Part shown: piece by piece, positions 34,817 to 45,357 of the stretch
Layout: every line of letters starts with the position of its first letter
Numbering within the stretch: the stretch's first letter is position 1
Assembly: GCA_019113005.1 (NCBI GenBank)
Contig: DXIE01000026.1
Location: 15,760-79,759, forward strand
DNA: 64,000 nt
Origin: Candidatus Butyricicoccus avistercoris
GTDB taxonomy: Bacteria; Bacillota; Clostridia; Oscillospirales; Butyricicoccaceae
Direction: 5' to 3'
Made by a program: the position numbers and the translations under genes
The notes under the pieces: model-generated
Database searches by the model: none
What the model saw: the letters and a program-made list of their open reading frames with translations, nothing else
Told to the model about the DNA's origin: nothing

Positions 34817-36562
34817 ATGAAAACCACCACACTTATAAAACGGTTTGCACCGTATTTTAAGCCATATACTCATGTGCTTTTGTTTGACCTTTTTTGTGCA
34901 GGTCTTACCTCAGCATGTGATGTAGTGCTTCCCCTGCTTGTAAGGTCGCTTGCACAGCAAGGTATAAACGACCTAGCTGGCATGACAACCGAATTTATAT
35001 TAAAACTTGCAGGCATATATTTGATTTTGCGAATAATAGATGTTCTAGCTACATATTTTATGGCAAATATAGGTCATATTATGGGTGCAAAAATAGAAAC
35101 AGACATGAGGTCTGCCCTTTTCACCCATTTACAAAAGCTATCATTTAGATATTATGCAGACACTAAAGTTGGCCAGTTAATGGCAAGAATAACATCAGAT
35201 TTATTTGATGTTACCGAATTTGCACATCACTGCCCCGAGGAGTTTTTCATAGCTGGTCTTAAAATTGGTGTATCTTTTATTATTTTGTGTACAATAAATA
35301 TACCACTTACTCTTATTATCTTTGCAATAGTTCCATTTATGATATATTTTTCTGCAAAATTCAACCATAAAATGCGAGCAACTTTTAGAAAAAACAGAGT
35401 TCAAGTCGGCGAAATAAATGCACAGGTAGAAGATAGCTTGCTCGGCATAAGAGTTGTAAAATCCTTTACAGGCGAGCAAATGGAAATTGATAAATTTAAA
35501 AAAGGTAATGATGATTGGTTTGAAATAAAGCAAGAAAACTACCGTTTAATGGGTGCATTTAGTGCGACAAATAGAGCATTTGACGGTCTTTTATATCTTG
35601 CTGTTATACTCGCAGGCGGATTTTTTATGCTTAATGATATAATAACCCCTGCGGATTTTATGGCATATATACTTTATATTTCAACTTTAATGGCAACAAT
35701 ACGCCGAATTGTAGAATTTGCTGAACAATTTCAGCGTGGACTTACTGGTATAGATAGATTTTTTGAAGTTATGGACGTTGAGCCAGATATTAAGGATAGC
35801 AAAGATGCCAAGAGCTTAAAGCATGTAAACGGTGATATTGAGCTTAAAAATGTAAATTTTGCCTATGCAGATGACCCAAATACACCAGTTTTAGAGAATG
35901 TAAACTTAAAAATACATGCAGGCGAAAGTGTAGCACTTGTAGGGCCTAGCGGCGGCGGTAAATCGACCATTTGCAATCTTATACCTAGATTTTATGATGT
36001 AACTGGCGGTAGTGTTACCATTGACGGCATAGATGTACGCACAGTAAAACAAGCTGATTTAAGAAAGAAAATCGGTATGGTTCAGCAAGATGTTTATTTA
36101 TTCTCTGGTACTATTTACGATAATATACGCTACGGCAGACCAGATGCAAGCTATGAAGAAGTTGTAGAAGCTGCTAAAAAAGCTGGTGCACATGATTTCA
36201 TAATGAAAACACCAGATGGATATAATACTTATGTTGGTGAGCGTGGAGTAAGGCTTTCAGGCGGTCAAAAACAACGTATATCTATTGCTAGAGTATTTTT
36301 AAAAAATCCACCTATACTTATACTTGATGAAGCCACATCAGCTCTTGATAATGAATCCGAACGACTTGTTCAGGAAAGCTTGCAAAGGCTTAGTCATGGC
36401 AGAACTGTTTTGACCATTGCCCATAGACTTTCAACTGTAAGAGCAGCTGATTTAATTGTTGTTTTAACCGAAAATGGCATATGCGAGCAAGGCACACATG
36501 ACGAGCTTATGAAAAAAGATGGAGTTTATGCAGGGCTTTGCCATTTAGCAGAAGGCTTTTAG
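34817..36562 (+). CDS. ABC transporter, fused permease/ATPase (multidrug exporter type)
   Basis: GPSGGGKST, LSGGQKQR, ILDEATS, AHRLST. Confidence 0.93.
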   Translation: MKTTTLIKRFAPYFKPYTHVLLFDLFCAGLTSACDVVLPLLVRSLAQQGINDLAGMTTEFILKLAGIYLILRIIDVLATYFMANIGHIMGAKIETDMRSALFTHLQKLSFRYYADTKVGQLMARITSDLFDVTEFAHHCPEEFFIAGLKIGVSFIILCTINIPLTLIIFAIVPFMIYFSAKFNHKMRATFRKNRVQVGEINAQVEDSLLGIRVVKSFTGEQMEIDKFKKGNDDWFEIKQENYRLMGAFSATNRAFDGLLYLAVILAGGFFMLNDIITPADFMAYILYISTLMATIRRIVEFAEQFQRGLTGIDRFFEVMDVEPDIKDSKDAKSLKHVNGDIELKNVNFAYADDPNTPVLENVNLKIHAGESVALVGPSGGGKSTICNLIPRFYDVTGGSVTIDGIDVRTVKQADLRKKIGMVQQDVYLFSGTIYDNIRYGRPDASYEEVVEAAKKAGAHDFIMKTPDGYNTYVGERGVRLSGGQKQRISIARVFLKNPPILILDEATSALDNESERLVQESLQRLSHGRTVLTIAHRLSTVRAADLIVVLTENGICEQGTHDELMKKDGVYAGLCHLAEGF

Positions 36563-36584
36563 TATTTTTGATTGAGGGGATAAA

Positions 36585-37634
36585 ATGCAAACTCGAGATA
36601 ATTCGGTAGATATTTTAAAAGCGATTGCAATATTTTTTGTCTTGATGATACATACTTTAGCATCAGGAATAGAGATTTTCCAGATTAACACTGTAAATTG
36701 GTATTCTACAATTTTTTGGGGTAGTTTTGTTAGATGTGCTGTTCCATTATTTTTCATGTGTAGTGGTGCACTTTTGTTAAATCCTAAAAAAGAGATAACA
36801 ATAAAAAAGCTATACACAAAAAATATACCTAGGATAATAATTGCACTTTTTTTCTGGGCAAGTGCATATGAAGCATTTTCTATTCTTATAGCAATATCAA
36901 ATGGTACATTTTATATGTCAATGATTAAAGAGGCTATAAAACGTATACTTTTATTTGACCATCATTTTCAGCTTTATTTTTTACATATAATGATTATCGT
37001 TTATATGTTTTTACCTGCAACAAGAGTGCTTTGTAAGCATTTAGATATAAAAACATATAAGTATATACTTGTTATATGGAGTATAGTAACCGTAATATAT
37101 CCATTTATTATTATGATTCCAGTCTTTCAATCTATAAAAGGTGTGCCAAGACAATGGATACTTAATTTTACATATGGTGCAATAGGCTATACAATGCTTG
37201 GCGACTATATGAATAGATATTCGAGTAAAAAACCTAAATTTTATACATTAGTTTTTCTTTCTGGTGTGCTGATAACAATTATAGGTATGATTTATTTTTC
37301 AAACTATGCACCTCGTTACAGGCTGATTTTATGGGACGGTGCTTCACCTACCGTTTTAATGATGGCTTATGGTCTATATGGTTTTATAAAACACAGTCCT
37401 AAACTTGTAAATAATTTAAAGTTTACAAGTTTTTCAAGCAATATATCCAAAGCTTCATTTTGTATTTTTTTAATACATGATTTTTTCAATATTATTTTTA
37501 GGGCTATAAATATAACAATAAATAACAATGCATTTTTTATGATTCCAGCTATGTCAATATTAAATATGCTTTTAAGTTTTATTGTATATTTAATACTAAG
37601 ACGTATTCCAGTTGTTAAAACATACCTGATATAA
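36585..37634 (+). CDS. Acyltransferase family 3 (OafA-like) membrane protein
   Basis: DILKAIAIFFVLMIH, AVPLFFMCSG, multiple TM helices. Confidence 0.85.
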   Translation: MQTRDNSVDILKAIAIFFVLMIHTLASGIEIFQINTVNWYSTIFWGSFVRCAVPLFFMCSGALLLNPKKEITIKKLYTKNIPRIIIALFFWASAYEAFSILIAISNGTFYMSMIKEAIKRILLFDHHFQLYFLHIMIIVYMFLPATRVLCKHLDIKTYKYILVIWSIVTVIYPFIIMIPVFQSIKGVPRQWILNFTYGAIGYTMLGDYMNRYSSKKPKFYTLVFLSGVLITIIGMIYFSNYAPRYRLILWDGASPTVLMMAYGLYGFIKHSPKLVNNLKFTSFSSNISKASFCIFLIHDFFNIIFRAINITINNNAFFMIPAMSILNMLLSFIVYLILRRIPVVKTYLI

Positions 37635-37650
37635 ATTTAAGGAGTTAAAA

Positions 37651-38442
37651 ATGAATTATAGCTTTACACAATGGCTTTTAATATTCTATATTTATGCCTT
37701 TGCAGGCTGGATTTTTGAATGCTGTGTGGTATCATTTCAGCAAAAACGGCTTGTAAACCGTGGTTTTCTTCGTGGGCCAATGCTGCCAATCTATGGTTTT
37801 GGTGCAATTATAATGCTGTATACCGCTCTGCCACTACATTCTCACCCATTAAAGGTGTATTTTGCAGGTGTATTTGTTGCAACTATATTTGAATATATAG
37901 TAGGCGTTTTAATGGAATCTATATTCCATGTTAAGTATTGGGACTATTCTGAGCATAAATTCCAGTTTCAAGGCAGAATATGCCTCCAGTCATCACTTGC
38001 ATGGGGTGTGCTTAGTGTGCTTTTAGTGTCAGTATTCCAGCCCCCTATTGATTATCTATTAGGCGAATTTAATGCAGTACCGCTTATGTTCACAGTTATT
38101 ATTATAAGCGTGTATTTTGTAACCGATGTAGTAGCATCTACTAAGACCGCTTTCGATTTAAGCCGCAGCCTTGAAGAGCTTGATAAAATGCGACTTGAAG
38201 TACGCAGAATGAAAAAGGTACTTGCAGACCAAGCAGAACAAAAACGTGATGAGCTTTCCTCTATGGTTAAGCAAAGACGTGAACAGCTTGAAGATGCTAT
38301 TTCAGCCGCAGAACAGAAAATGGACAAAACCGTTGAGCAAATGCACTTTTTACGCAAGAGTATGATTAAAGGAAATCCTACTTTAAAATCAACTCGTTTT
38401 AATGAAACTCTTGAAGATTTACGAAAGCGTCTAAAAAAATAA
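37651..38442 (+). CDS. Putative ABC permease (CmpB-like) with C-terminal coiled coil
   Basis: NRGFLRGPMLPIYGFG, WDYS...GRICL. Confidence 0.8.
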   Translation: MNYSFTQWLLIFYIYAFAGWIFECCVVSFQQKRLVNRGFLRGPMLPIYGFGAIIMLYTALPLHSHPLKVYFAGVFVATIFEYIVGVLMESIFHVKYWDYSEHKFQFQGRICLQSSLAWGVLSVLLVSVFQPPIDYLLGEFNAVPLMFTVIIISVYFVTDVVASTKTAFDLSRSLEELDKMRLEVRRMKKVLADQAEQKRDELSSMVKQRREQLEDAISAAEQKMDKTVEQMHFLRKSMIKGNPTLKSTRFNETLEDLRKRLKK

Positions 38443-38611
38443 ATTTAAAGAACCCGACAGAAAATAAATCTGTCGGGTTCGGCTTATGTTAGAAAACAAC
38501 TGATTATAGCAATCTTTTTTCACTGTATATGATATGCAGAAACAAGTGAATATGCTATAATAAACAAAAAAGCTAATTCATTTTCTACATATATTACTAA
38601 TATAGAAAGAG

Positions 38612-39616
38612 ATGCTATATATGCAAAAATTTTTAAAATTTATATTAAGCTTAACGCTTATAATATTGCTTTGCGGTTGTCAAAACAATGTAATTTTTGA
38701 TATATATGATTTTAGTAATCACCCTAAAATTAAAATTGGAATGAGCATTCCATCTGAAGGCACATTTTTAAATAATGTGTGTGCCTCAGCTAAAAAATCT
38801 GCTGATGAACATGATGTAGAGCTTGAAATATTATCCACAAACAACGACCAGAAAACACAAGCAGAGCAAATTAAACAGTGGGCAAAAGATAATTATGCAG
38901 CTGTTATAGTCGTTTTATGTGATGATACAGCAGGAAAACAAGTTCTAGATAACGCAGGCACTATGCCTGTTGTGTTTGTAAATCGATGTCCTAGTGACCA
39001 TGATGTATTGCAAAGCAAACAAAATGTAATTTATATAGGTGGTAAAGAAGGTGATGCTGGCAGGCTACAAGGAGAGTTTTTAAGCGAATATTTTATTTCA
39101 CAAAATAATAATACACCAACAATAGCTGTTATCTCAGGAGATAGTGACAACTTTGCTTCAAGCATACGAATAAACGCAGCAAAAGAGGCTATGTCAAAGG
39201 AAGGTCTTATGCCATTTTATATCTTTGAAAATTCAGGCGGTTGGGATAAAGCTAAAACCGAGTCGGATTTTTATAAGTTTTTAAAAACAAAACCAACTAT
39301 TGATGCGGTTTTAGCTGCAAATGATGATATGGCAATAGGTGCAGCCGATGCTTTAGCTCAAGCAGGTTATGCCCTCTCTGGTATTCCGATAGTTGGAGTT
39401 GATGCCACCCCAGAAGGCAGAGCTGCTGTTAGAGATGGCAGAATAGATTTCACTGTATATCAAGACCCTGAAAAGCAAGGTGCAGGTGCAATAGATGAAA
39501 TTATGAATATGCTTGGTGGAAATACACCAAATGTCGATATAGACAGTATACAATGGCATGAATATATTCCTGTTACCGCAGCAAATATAGATAAACTTTT
39601 CCCTGATGACAGATAA
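38612..39616 (+). CDS. Sugar-binding lipoprotein (periplasmic binding protein type I)
   Basis: Lipobox LCGC; VVFVNR, ANDDMAIGA, VGVDA, TVYQD. Confidence 0.85.
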   Translation: MLYMQKFLKFILSLTLIILLCGCQNNVIFDIYDFSNHPKIKIGMSIPSEGTFLNNVCASAKKSADEHDVELEILSTNNDQKTQAEQIKQWAKDNYAAVIVVLCDDTAGKQVLDNAGTMPVVFVNRCPSDHDVLQSKQNVIYIGGKEGDAGRLQGEFLSEYFISQNNNTPTIAVISGDSDNFASSIRINAAKEAMSKEGLMPFYIFENSGGWDKAKTESDFYKFLKTKPTIDAVLAANDDMAIGAADALAQAGYALSGIPIVGVDATPEGRAAVRDGRIDFTVYQDPEKQGAGAIDEIMNMLGGNTPNVDIDSIQWHEYIPVTAANIDKLFPDDR

Positions 39617-41454
39617 TGGAGGCAATAATGCAAACTATTACAAATGGACTTCAAACTGTGCTTGATGCAATAACAGGTGCAGCAGCAGAGTATCCTATGC
39701 TTGGCATATGGTATACAACTGTAATTCGTTTTGTTTTACCTGTTCTTGCACTTCTTATTCTTTTAACTGTTATACGTTCACTTTTAACTGTTCCGCATAT
39801 TCCAGAAACATGGGCTTATATAAGTCTGCCAAATGGTGAACGTGTACCACTCACCCACTGGGAAAATTTAATTGGCAGAGCTAAAAATAATGATGTTATT
39901 TTAAGCTATCCATCAATCTCCCGAACCCATGCGGCAATAAACCGCAATGATAAAGGCGAATGGACTCTCTATGATTTAGACTCCACAGGCGGAACAACCG
40001 TAAATGGCTACACCGTTGACGGTGATGCCATTCTGGAAGAAGGCGATGTTGTTTCTTTTGGCGGCGTTGAAACTGTATTTTTACCGCTGACAGTCAGTGA
40101 AAAACGTAGCCAACGACAATTAAGAGCCGAAGAAACTCGCCCTGTTTCACCTTGGGGACTGCTTGTCCTTTTAACTATGTTTCAAGTTTTCACAGCCATT
40201 CAGCTTATTGTAAGTATGGGCGAAAAAGCTACTGTAAATATCCCGCTTGTCTTTTTAGGCTTAACTGCTACTATGTGGATTTATTGTTTAACATTTAGGG
40301 CAATGCGTCGTGTAGGGTTTGAGATGGAGCTTATAGCGTTCTTTCTCTGTACGCTTGGTCTGTCTGTTACGGCCTCGACAAATCCCGATGATTTACTAAA
40401 AATCTTTTTAACCATGCTTGGCGGTTTATTTGGGTTTATGATTTTATGTTTTATACTTAGAAATCTTGAAAATGCTCAAAAAATCCGTTGGGTAATGGCA
40501 GCTGGTGCAATAGGTATGCTTGCAATCACACTTGTAGCTGGTACTGGTGCATATGGTGCAAAACTTTGGTTAAAACTTGGTCCTATATCTATACAGCCAT
40601 CAGAGATTGCAAAAATCTGTTATATTTTCGCAGGTGCAGCAACACTTGACCGTTTGTTTAAAAAGCGAAATTTAACACTGTTTATTGTGCTTACTGGTAT
40701 GTGTGGAGGTTGCCTTGCCCTTATGAATGACTTTGGTACTGCACTTATTTTCTTTGTAACATTCCTTGTAATTGCTTTTATGCGTTCAGGTGACTGGGCA
40801 ACACTTGCTCTTATATGCTCTGGTTGTGGTATAGGTGGTATGATGCTTTTAAAACTTAAAGCACACGTTGCCGCACGTTTTGCTGTTTGGGGTCATGCTT
40901 GGGAACACGCATCAGATTCTGGTTTCCAACAGGTAAGAACTATGTCAGCATCTGCTTCTGGCGGTCTTATTGGTGTAGGTGCAGGCAATGGCTGGCTTAA
41001 AGGTATATTTGCTGCTGATACCGACCTTGTTTATGGTATGCTCTGTGAGGAATTTGGCTTTATTATCGCTTTTCTTGCGATTTTATGTATTATAACCCTT
41101 GCAGTTTTTTCTGTTCGTGCTTGCAGAGCTGGACGCTCTAGCTTTTATACAATAGCTGCTTGTGCGGCATCTTCTATGATGGTTGTACAAACCTGTTTAA
41201 ATGTATTTGGTGCGGTTGACCTTCTACCACTTACAGGTGTAACCTTCCCATTTGTATCTAATGGTGGTTCTGCTATGCTTTCTGCTTGGGGACTGCTTGC
41301 TTTCCTAAAGGCAACAGACACAAGACAAAATGCAAGCTTTGCTGTAAAGCTGCCTAGCCGAAAGCAGATAAAGCAAGAGGACGAAATAGATAATTATACC
41401 GATTATACAGAGGATTATAACGACTATATGGAGGACGATTATGAGGAAGATTGA
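39616..41454 (+). CDS. FHA-domain / FtsW-RodA-SpoVE (SEDS) fusion
   Basis: FHA IGR...SISRTHA...DLDSTGGT; SEDS IQPSEIAK, DFGT, TDLVY, TGVTFPFVSNGGS. Confidence 0.9.
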   Translation: MEAIMQTITNGLQTVLDAITGAAAEYPMLGIWYTTVIRFVLPVLALLILLTVIRSLLTVPHIPETWAYISLPNGERVPLTHWENLIGRAKNNDVILSYPSISRTHAAINRNDKGEWTLYDLDSTGGTTVNGYTVDGDAILEEGDVVSFGGVETVFLPLTVSEKRSQRQLRAEETRPVSPWGLLVLLTMFQVFTAIQLIVSMGEKATVNIPLVFLGLTATMWIYCLTFRAMRRVGFEMELIAFFLCTLGLSVTASTNPDDLLKIFLTMLGGLFGFMILCFILRNLENAQKIRWVMAAGAIGMLAITLVAGTGAYGAKLWLKLGPISIQPSEIAKICYIFAGAATLDRLFKKRNLTLFIVLTGMCGGCLALMNDFGTALIFFVTFLVIAFMRSGDWATLALICSGCGIGGMMLLKLKAHVAARFAVWGHAWEHASDSGFQQVRTMSASASGGLIGVGAGNGWLKGIFAADTDLVYGMLCEEFGFIIAFLAILCIITLAVFSVRACRAGRSSFYTIAACAASSMMVVQTCLNVFGAVDLLPLTGVTFPFVSNGGSAMLSAWGLLAFLKATDTRQNASFAVKLPSRKQIKQEDEIDNYTDYTEDYNDYMEDDYEED

Positions 41455-42784
41455 AAGACGAGCAATGATTTGTCTTATCTTGGCATTTGCTCTATTTGTC
41501 GGTATATGTACCTTCGGATATCGCTTTGTGCGTTATGGCAGTGATTGGGCATCTTTTCCTGCAAATAAGCATTTATACTCAAGTACAGGCACTATAAAAG
41601 ACCGAGATGGTGATATACTTTCAAGTGTGGATAGCTCTGGCAGACATTATTATGATGATGAAACTGTTAGAAAAGCTACACTTCACGCAGTTGGTGATAA
41701 GGCAGGAAGTATTGGCACAGGTGCTATACATGCATTCTCAGATAAACTATCTGGATATAATATACTAACAGGTAGTAAAACACCATTTAGCACAGAAAAG
41801 ACATTAACTCTTACAATAGATGCGGCGTTTAATGTAGTGGCATACAATGCTCTAGGCGGTCAAAAAGGCACAGTGGGTGTTTATGATTATACAACAGGCG
41901 AAATTTTATGTATGGTTTCCACTCCTACTTATGACCCAGAAAATGTACCAGAAAATATGGATAGTGAGCAGTATGACGGTGCATATTTAAATCGTTTTCT
42001 GTCCTCTGCTATTGTCCCAGGGTCAATTTTTAAAATTGTTACTCTAAATGCAGCTATTGAAAATATCCCTGATATTTATGATAGAACATTTAAATGTACT
42101 GGCAGTACAACAGTAGGCGGTATAGAAATAACCTGTCCTCATGCACATGGTACACTTGATATTCAGTCCGCTTTCGCAAATTCATGTAACGGTGTATTTG
42201 GTAAGCTTGCCGCTGAAATGGGCGGAGATACAATGCAAAAATATGTAGATGCAGCAGGTCTTACCTCCAGTATTTCGGTTGACGGCATAAACACAGCAAA
42301 GGGAACATTTTCTTTTGTGGGTGAAGATGCAGGTCAAGTTGCATGGTCTGGTGTAGGTCAAGGCAAAGATGCATTAAATCCTTGTTCTATGATGACCTAT
42401 ATGGGAGCTATTGCCTCTGGTGGCAGTGCGGCTGTGCCTAAGCTTATAAAATCGGTTGATGGAACTATTATTCCTAATCTTTCTACTGATAAGAAAACAG
42501 GTAATCTTGTAAACTCTGATACTGCCGAGCAAATTCATAAAATGATGAGAAACAATGTTGAACAAACTTATGGTGCAAGTCGTTTCCCAGACGGCACTTG
42601 TGCAAAATCTGGTACAGCAGAAGTTGGCGGCGGTTTAAGCCCTAATGCATGGTTTGCAGGTTTTATTGATGACCCTACTCACCCATATGCATTTATTGTA
42701 CTTGTTGAAAATGGTGGCGGCGGCTCTAGTGTTGCTGGTGAAGTCGCAAGCAAAGTTTTAAATGCAATAGTAGACAAAATGTGA
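41441..42784 (+). CDS. Class B penicillin-binding protein (short, PbpA-like)
   Basis: SIFK (SxxK), SCN (SxN), KSGT motifs. Confidence 0.9.
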   Translation: MRKIERRAMICLILAFALFVGICTFGYRFVRYGSDWASFPANKHLYSSTGTIKDRDGDILSSVDSSGRHYYDDETVRKATLHAVGDKAGSIGTGAIHAFSDKLSGYNILTGSKTPFSTEKTLTLTIDAAFNVVAYNALGGQKGTVGVYDYTTGEILCMVSTPTYDPENVPENMDSEQYDGAYLNRFLSSAIVPGSIFKIVTLNAAIENIPDIYDRTFKCTGSTTVGGIEITCPHAHGTLDIQSAFANSCNGVFGKLAAEMGGDTMQKYVDAAGLTSSISVDGINTAKGTFSFVGEDAGQVAWSGVGQGKDALNPCSMMTYMGAIASGGSAAVPKLIKSVDGTIIPNLSTDKKTGNLVNSDTAEQIHKMMRNNVEQTYGASRFPDGTCAKSGTAEVGGGLSPNAWFAGFIDDPTHPYAFIVLVENGGGGSSVAGEVASKVLNAIVDKM

Positions 42785-42789
42785 TAAAT

Positions 42790-42817
42790 AAAAGCCTTTA
42801 GCATATGCTAGAGGCTT
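42790..42817. repeat. Terminator-like hairpin, left copy of a 28-bp direct repeat
   Basis: AAAAGCCTTTAGCATATGCTAGAGGCTT. Confidence 0.85.
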
Positions 42818-42827
42818 TTTTATTATG

Positions 42828-43157
42828 TTAGACAAAATCAACTGATTTATTATTTTCTAATTTACAATCTATTTTAAATGGCAAAAAAATAAAGTTATTT
42901 GCAGATTTTTTTATAATACTGCCATTGTAGGCATATAAAATGCCACACATAAAATCTAGTATTCTGCGTGATAAATAGCTGTTCATTTTTTCATCAAATA
43001 CAATTTCTATTGGTTTGCCCATAGATAAATTAAAAATAATTTCTTGTGTTTCTGTAAATATATCAATCTCGGAGTTAACTGGAACATAATATGCCGAATT
43101 GCGAAAAGGTACTATATTTTCTGATTTAATATTTATATTTAACTTTTTACATTCCAT
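42828..43157 (-). CDS. Divergent SepF-like protein
   Basis: C-terminal SRRILDFMCGILYAYNGSIIKKSANNFIFLP matches the SepF RR-x-LDF-x-G-x3-A-x2-G motif. Confidence 0.6.
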   Translation of the reverse strand: MECKKLNINIKSENIVPFRNSAYYVPVNSEIDIFTETQEIIFNLSMGKPIEIVFDEKMNSYLSRRILDFMCGILYAYNGSIIKKSANNFIFLPFKIDCKLENNKSVDFV

Positions 43158-43331
43158 ATTTCATAACACCCTTTTTTCTTTCTTGCTCACATAAATTGTT
43201 ATTGACACAAATTTTTTTGAATGATATTTTTATTCTATCAAATATAAAGATAAATCAAATAAATTATGTAAAATTCGGCTGTTTTTGTGCAAAATTTGTC
43301 GAATAATGTCTAAAGCATAGGAGGGATAAAT

Positions 43332-44060
43332 ATGAAAATTGCTGTTTGTGATGATGATAAATATAGCTTAAATGAAACTATAAATTTGTTAAAACAATAT
43401 AATCAAATATCCAAGTTTGAACTAGACGTTATAGGTTTTAATAACGGTGATGACATGATAGAAAGTTTAAAAAAACATGGTGATTGTCAAATTTATATAC
43501 TAGATATTATTATGAAAGAAAAAAATGGCATACAAATAGCGGAAATTTTACGAAAACTTAAATATAATGGCGAAATTATATTTTTGACAAATTCCAATGC
43601 TTTTGCAGCTGAAAGCTATAATGTTGGTGCATTTAATTATATATTAAAACCATTAGATAAAAATAAGCTTTTTGACATACTAGACACAGCAATTAAAAAA
43701 ATAGAACAAAAACAAAGTTCTTTTATTGTAATTTCCACCAAGTCAGGTTTATGTAAATTACCACTGGACGACATAGTATATGCTGAAAAATTTGGTCGTA
43801 TTATTCGTTATCATTGTAAGAATGATGTTGTTATAGATTCTCTAACTTTAAAAACAAATTTTAAAGAGGCTAATGCAATATTATTACAAAATAATAAATT
43901 CAGTTTATGTGGTGCAAGCTTTGTAATAAACCTTGAATGTGTAACAAATATACAAGGTCAAACTTTAACCTTATATAACAAAGAAAAACTAACAATTCCC
44001 AGAAATATATCAACAAGCTTTAAAAGTTTATGGGGAAAATATTGGTTAAATGAGGTGTAA
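43332..44060 (+). CDS. LytTR-family response regulator (AgrA-like)
   Basis: IAVCDDD, ILDIIM, IIFLT, YILKP; C-terminal LytTR DDIVYAE. Confidence 0.9.
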   Translation: MKIAVCDDDKYSLNETINLLKQYNQISKFELDVIGFNNGDDMIESLKKHGDCQIYILDIIMKEKNGIQIAEILRKLKYNGEIIFLTNSNAFAAESYNVGAFNYILKPLDKNKLFDILDTAIKKIEQKQSSFIVISTKSGLCKLPLDDIVYAEKFGRIIRYHCKNDVVIDSLTLKTNFKEANAILLQNNKFSLCGASFVINLECVTNIQGQTLTLYNKEKLTIPRNISTSFKSLWGKYWLNEV

Positions 44061-44062
44061 AC

Positions 44063-45322
44063 ATGTTAGAATTATCTGTAATTCTTTATATGACATTTGT
44101 TGGAATGAGTATCAATTTATTATTTATTTGCAGTCGTTTTTCAAAACGTAAAACCATATTTATATTTTTTATAACAACAATAGTCATGATAATGTCATTA
44201 ATAATATTATGGGATATTTTAGGCACAAATTATTTAATAAAAATATATACGCTTGTAATACATATACCCTCTATACTTATATGTACATATATTAGTCGTT
44301 ATCGTGGTTGGAAATTGATATTTCAAATACTTTCAGCTGTATCATTTTGTATGATAATTCAACATATTGCTGGCTTAACATATTATCTAACAAATGAAAA
44401 TATTTTAGCACTCATAGTTTCTTATTTTGTATCCACTATTACAATATTTTTATTTATTATTTATTATATAAAACCTATACTGCTTAAAGTATTGTTATAT
44501 CTTAATCATGGTTGGTTTTTTATGTGCATAGTTATGGCAATTTATTATATAACAATTATATATTTAATTCCAACTTATGCTGGTATAGAATTAAACAGCA
44601 CAATATTAAAACCTGTTATTTCACTTATAATGATTGGATTTTATACGCTTATTATGTTCCTATTTACCAGCACACTTAGAGAAATAGAAACTAAAAATAA
44701 TCTCAATATACTAGAAATACAAACTTCCGCTTTGCAAAGCCGTATAAACACTATTAAAACAACTGAAAAAATGATTGAAATGGAAAGGCATGACCTTCGT
44801 CATCGTCTTAAAACTTTAGAAAATCTGATAATAAATAAAAAATATGATGTTGCCATTGAATTTATAAATTCATCACAAGAGAGAATAGACAAATGTGATA
44901 CCGTTTCTTGGTGTAAACCGCCTATTTTAGATGCTGTATTTTCATCATATTTTGAGGAGGCTAAGTTAAATAATATCAATGTAGATGCTAAAATTATTCT
45001 GTCACAAGAGCTAAATATAAATGAAAGCGAATTAGCTATTGTTATTGCTAATGCTTTAGAAAATGCTATTAATGCTTGCTTAAAACTTCCAATCAATCAA
45101 AGAAAAATCAAATGTAAAGTAATTGAAAAACCTACAATTATGTTAGAAATATTAAACACATGTTGTGAAGATGTAAATTTTGATGATAATTCACTTCCTA
45201 TATCCAATAAAAATGGTCATGGTATAGGTGTACAATCTATTATTTATTTTTGCAACAAATATAATGCAATATATAAGTTTGAATGTAAAAATGGTTGGTT
45301 TTCAGTTCAAATTATTATGTAA
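44063..45322 (+). CDS. GHKL sensor histidine kinase (AgrC-like)
   Basis: Multi-TM N-terminus; RHDLRH; NALENAINAC; GHGIGVQSI. Confidence 0.9.
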   Translation: MLELSVILYMTFVGMSINLLFICSRFSKRKTIFIFFITTIVMIMSLIILWDILGTNYLIKIYTLVIHIPSILICTYISRYRGWKLIFQILSAVSFCMIIQHIAGLTYYLTNENILALIVSYFVSTITIFLFIIYYIKPILLKVLLYLNHGWFFMCIVMAIYYITIIYLIPTYAGIELNSTILKPVISLIMIGFYTLIMFLFTSTLREIETKNNLNILEIQTSALQSRINTIKTTEKMIEMERHDLRHRLKTLENLIINKKYDVAIEFINSSQERIDKCDTVSWCKPPILDAVFSSYFEEAKLNNINVDAKIILSQELNINESELAIVIANALENAINACLKLPINQRKIKCKVIEKPTIMLEILNTCCEDVNFDDNSLPISNKNGHGIGVQSIIYFCNKYNAIYKFECKNGWFSVQIIM

Positions 45323-45323
45323 A

Positions 45324-45351
45324 AAAAGCCTCTAGCATACGCTAGAGGCTT
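45324..45351. repeat. Terminator-like hairpin, right copy of a 28-bp direct repeat
   Basis: AAAAGCCTCTAGCATACGCTAGAGGCTT, 26/28 identical to 42790-42817. Confidence 0.85.
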
Positions 45352-45357
45352 AATTTT

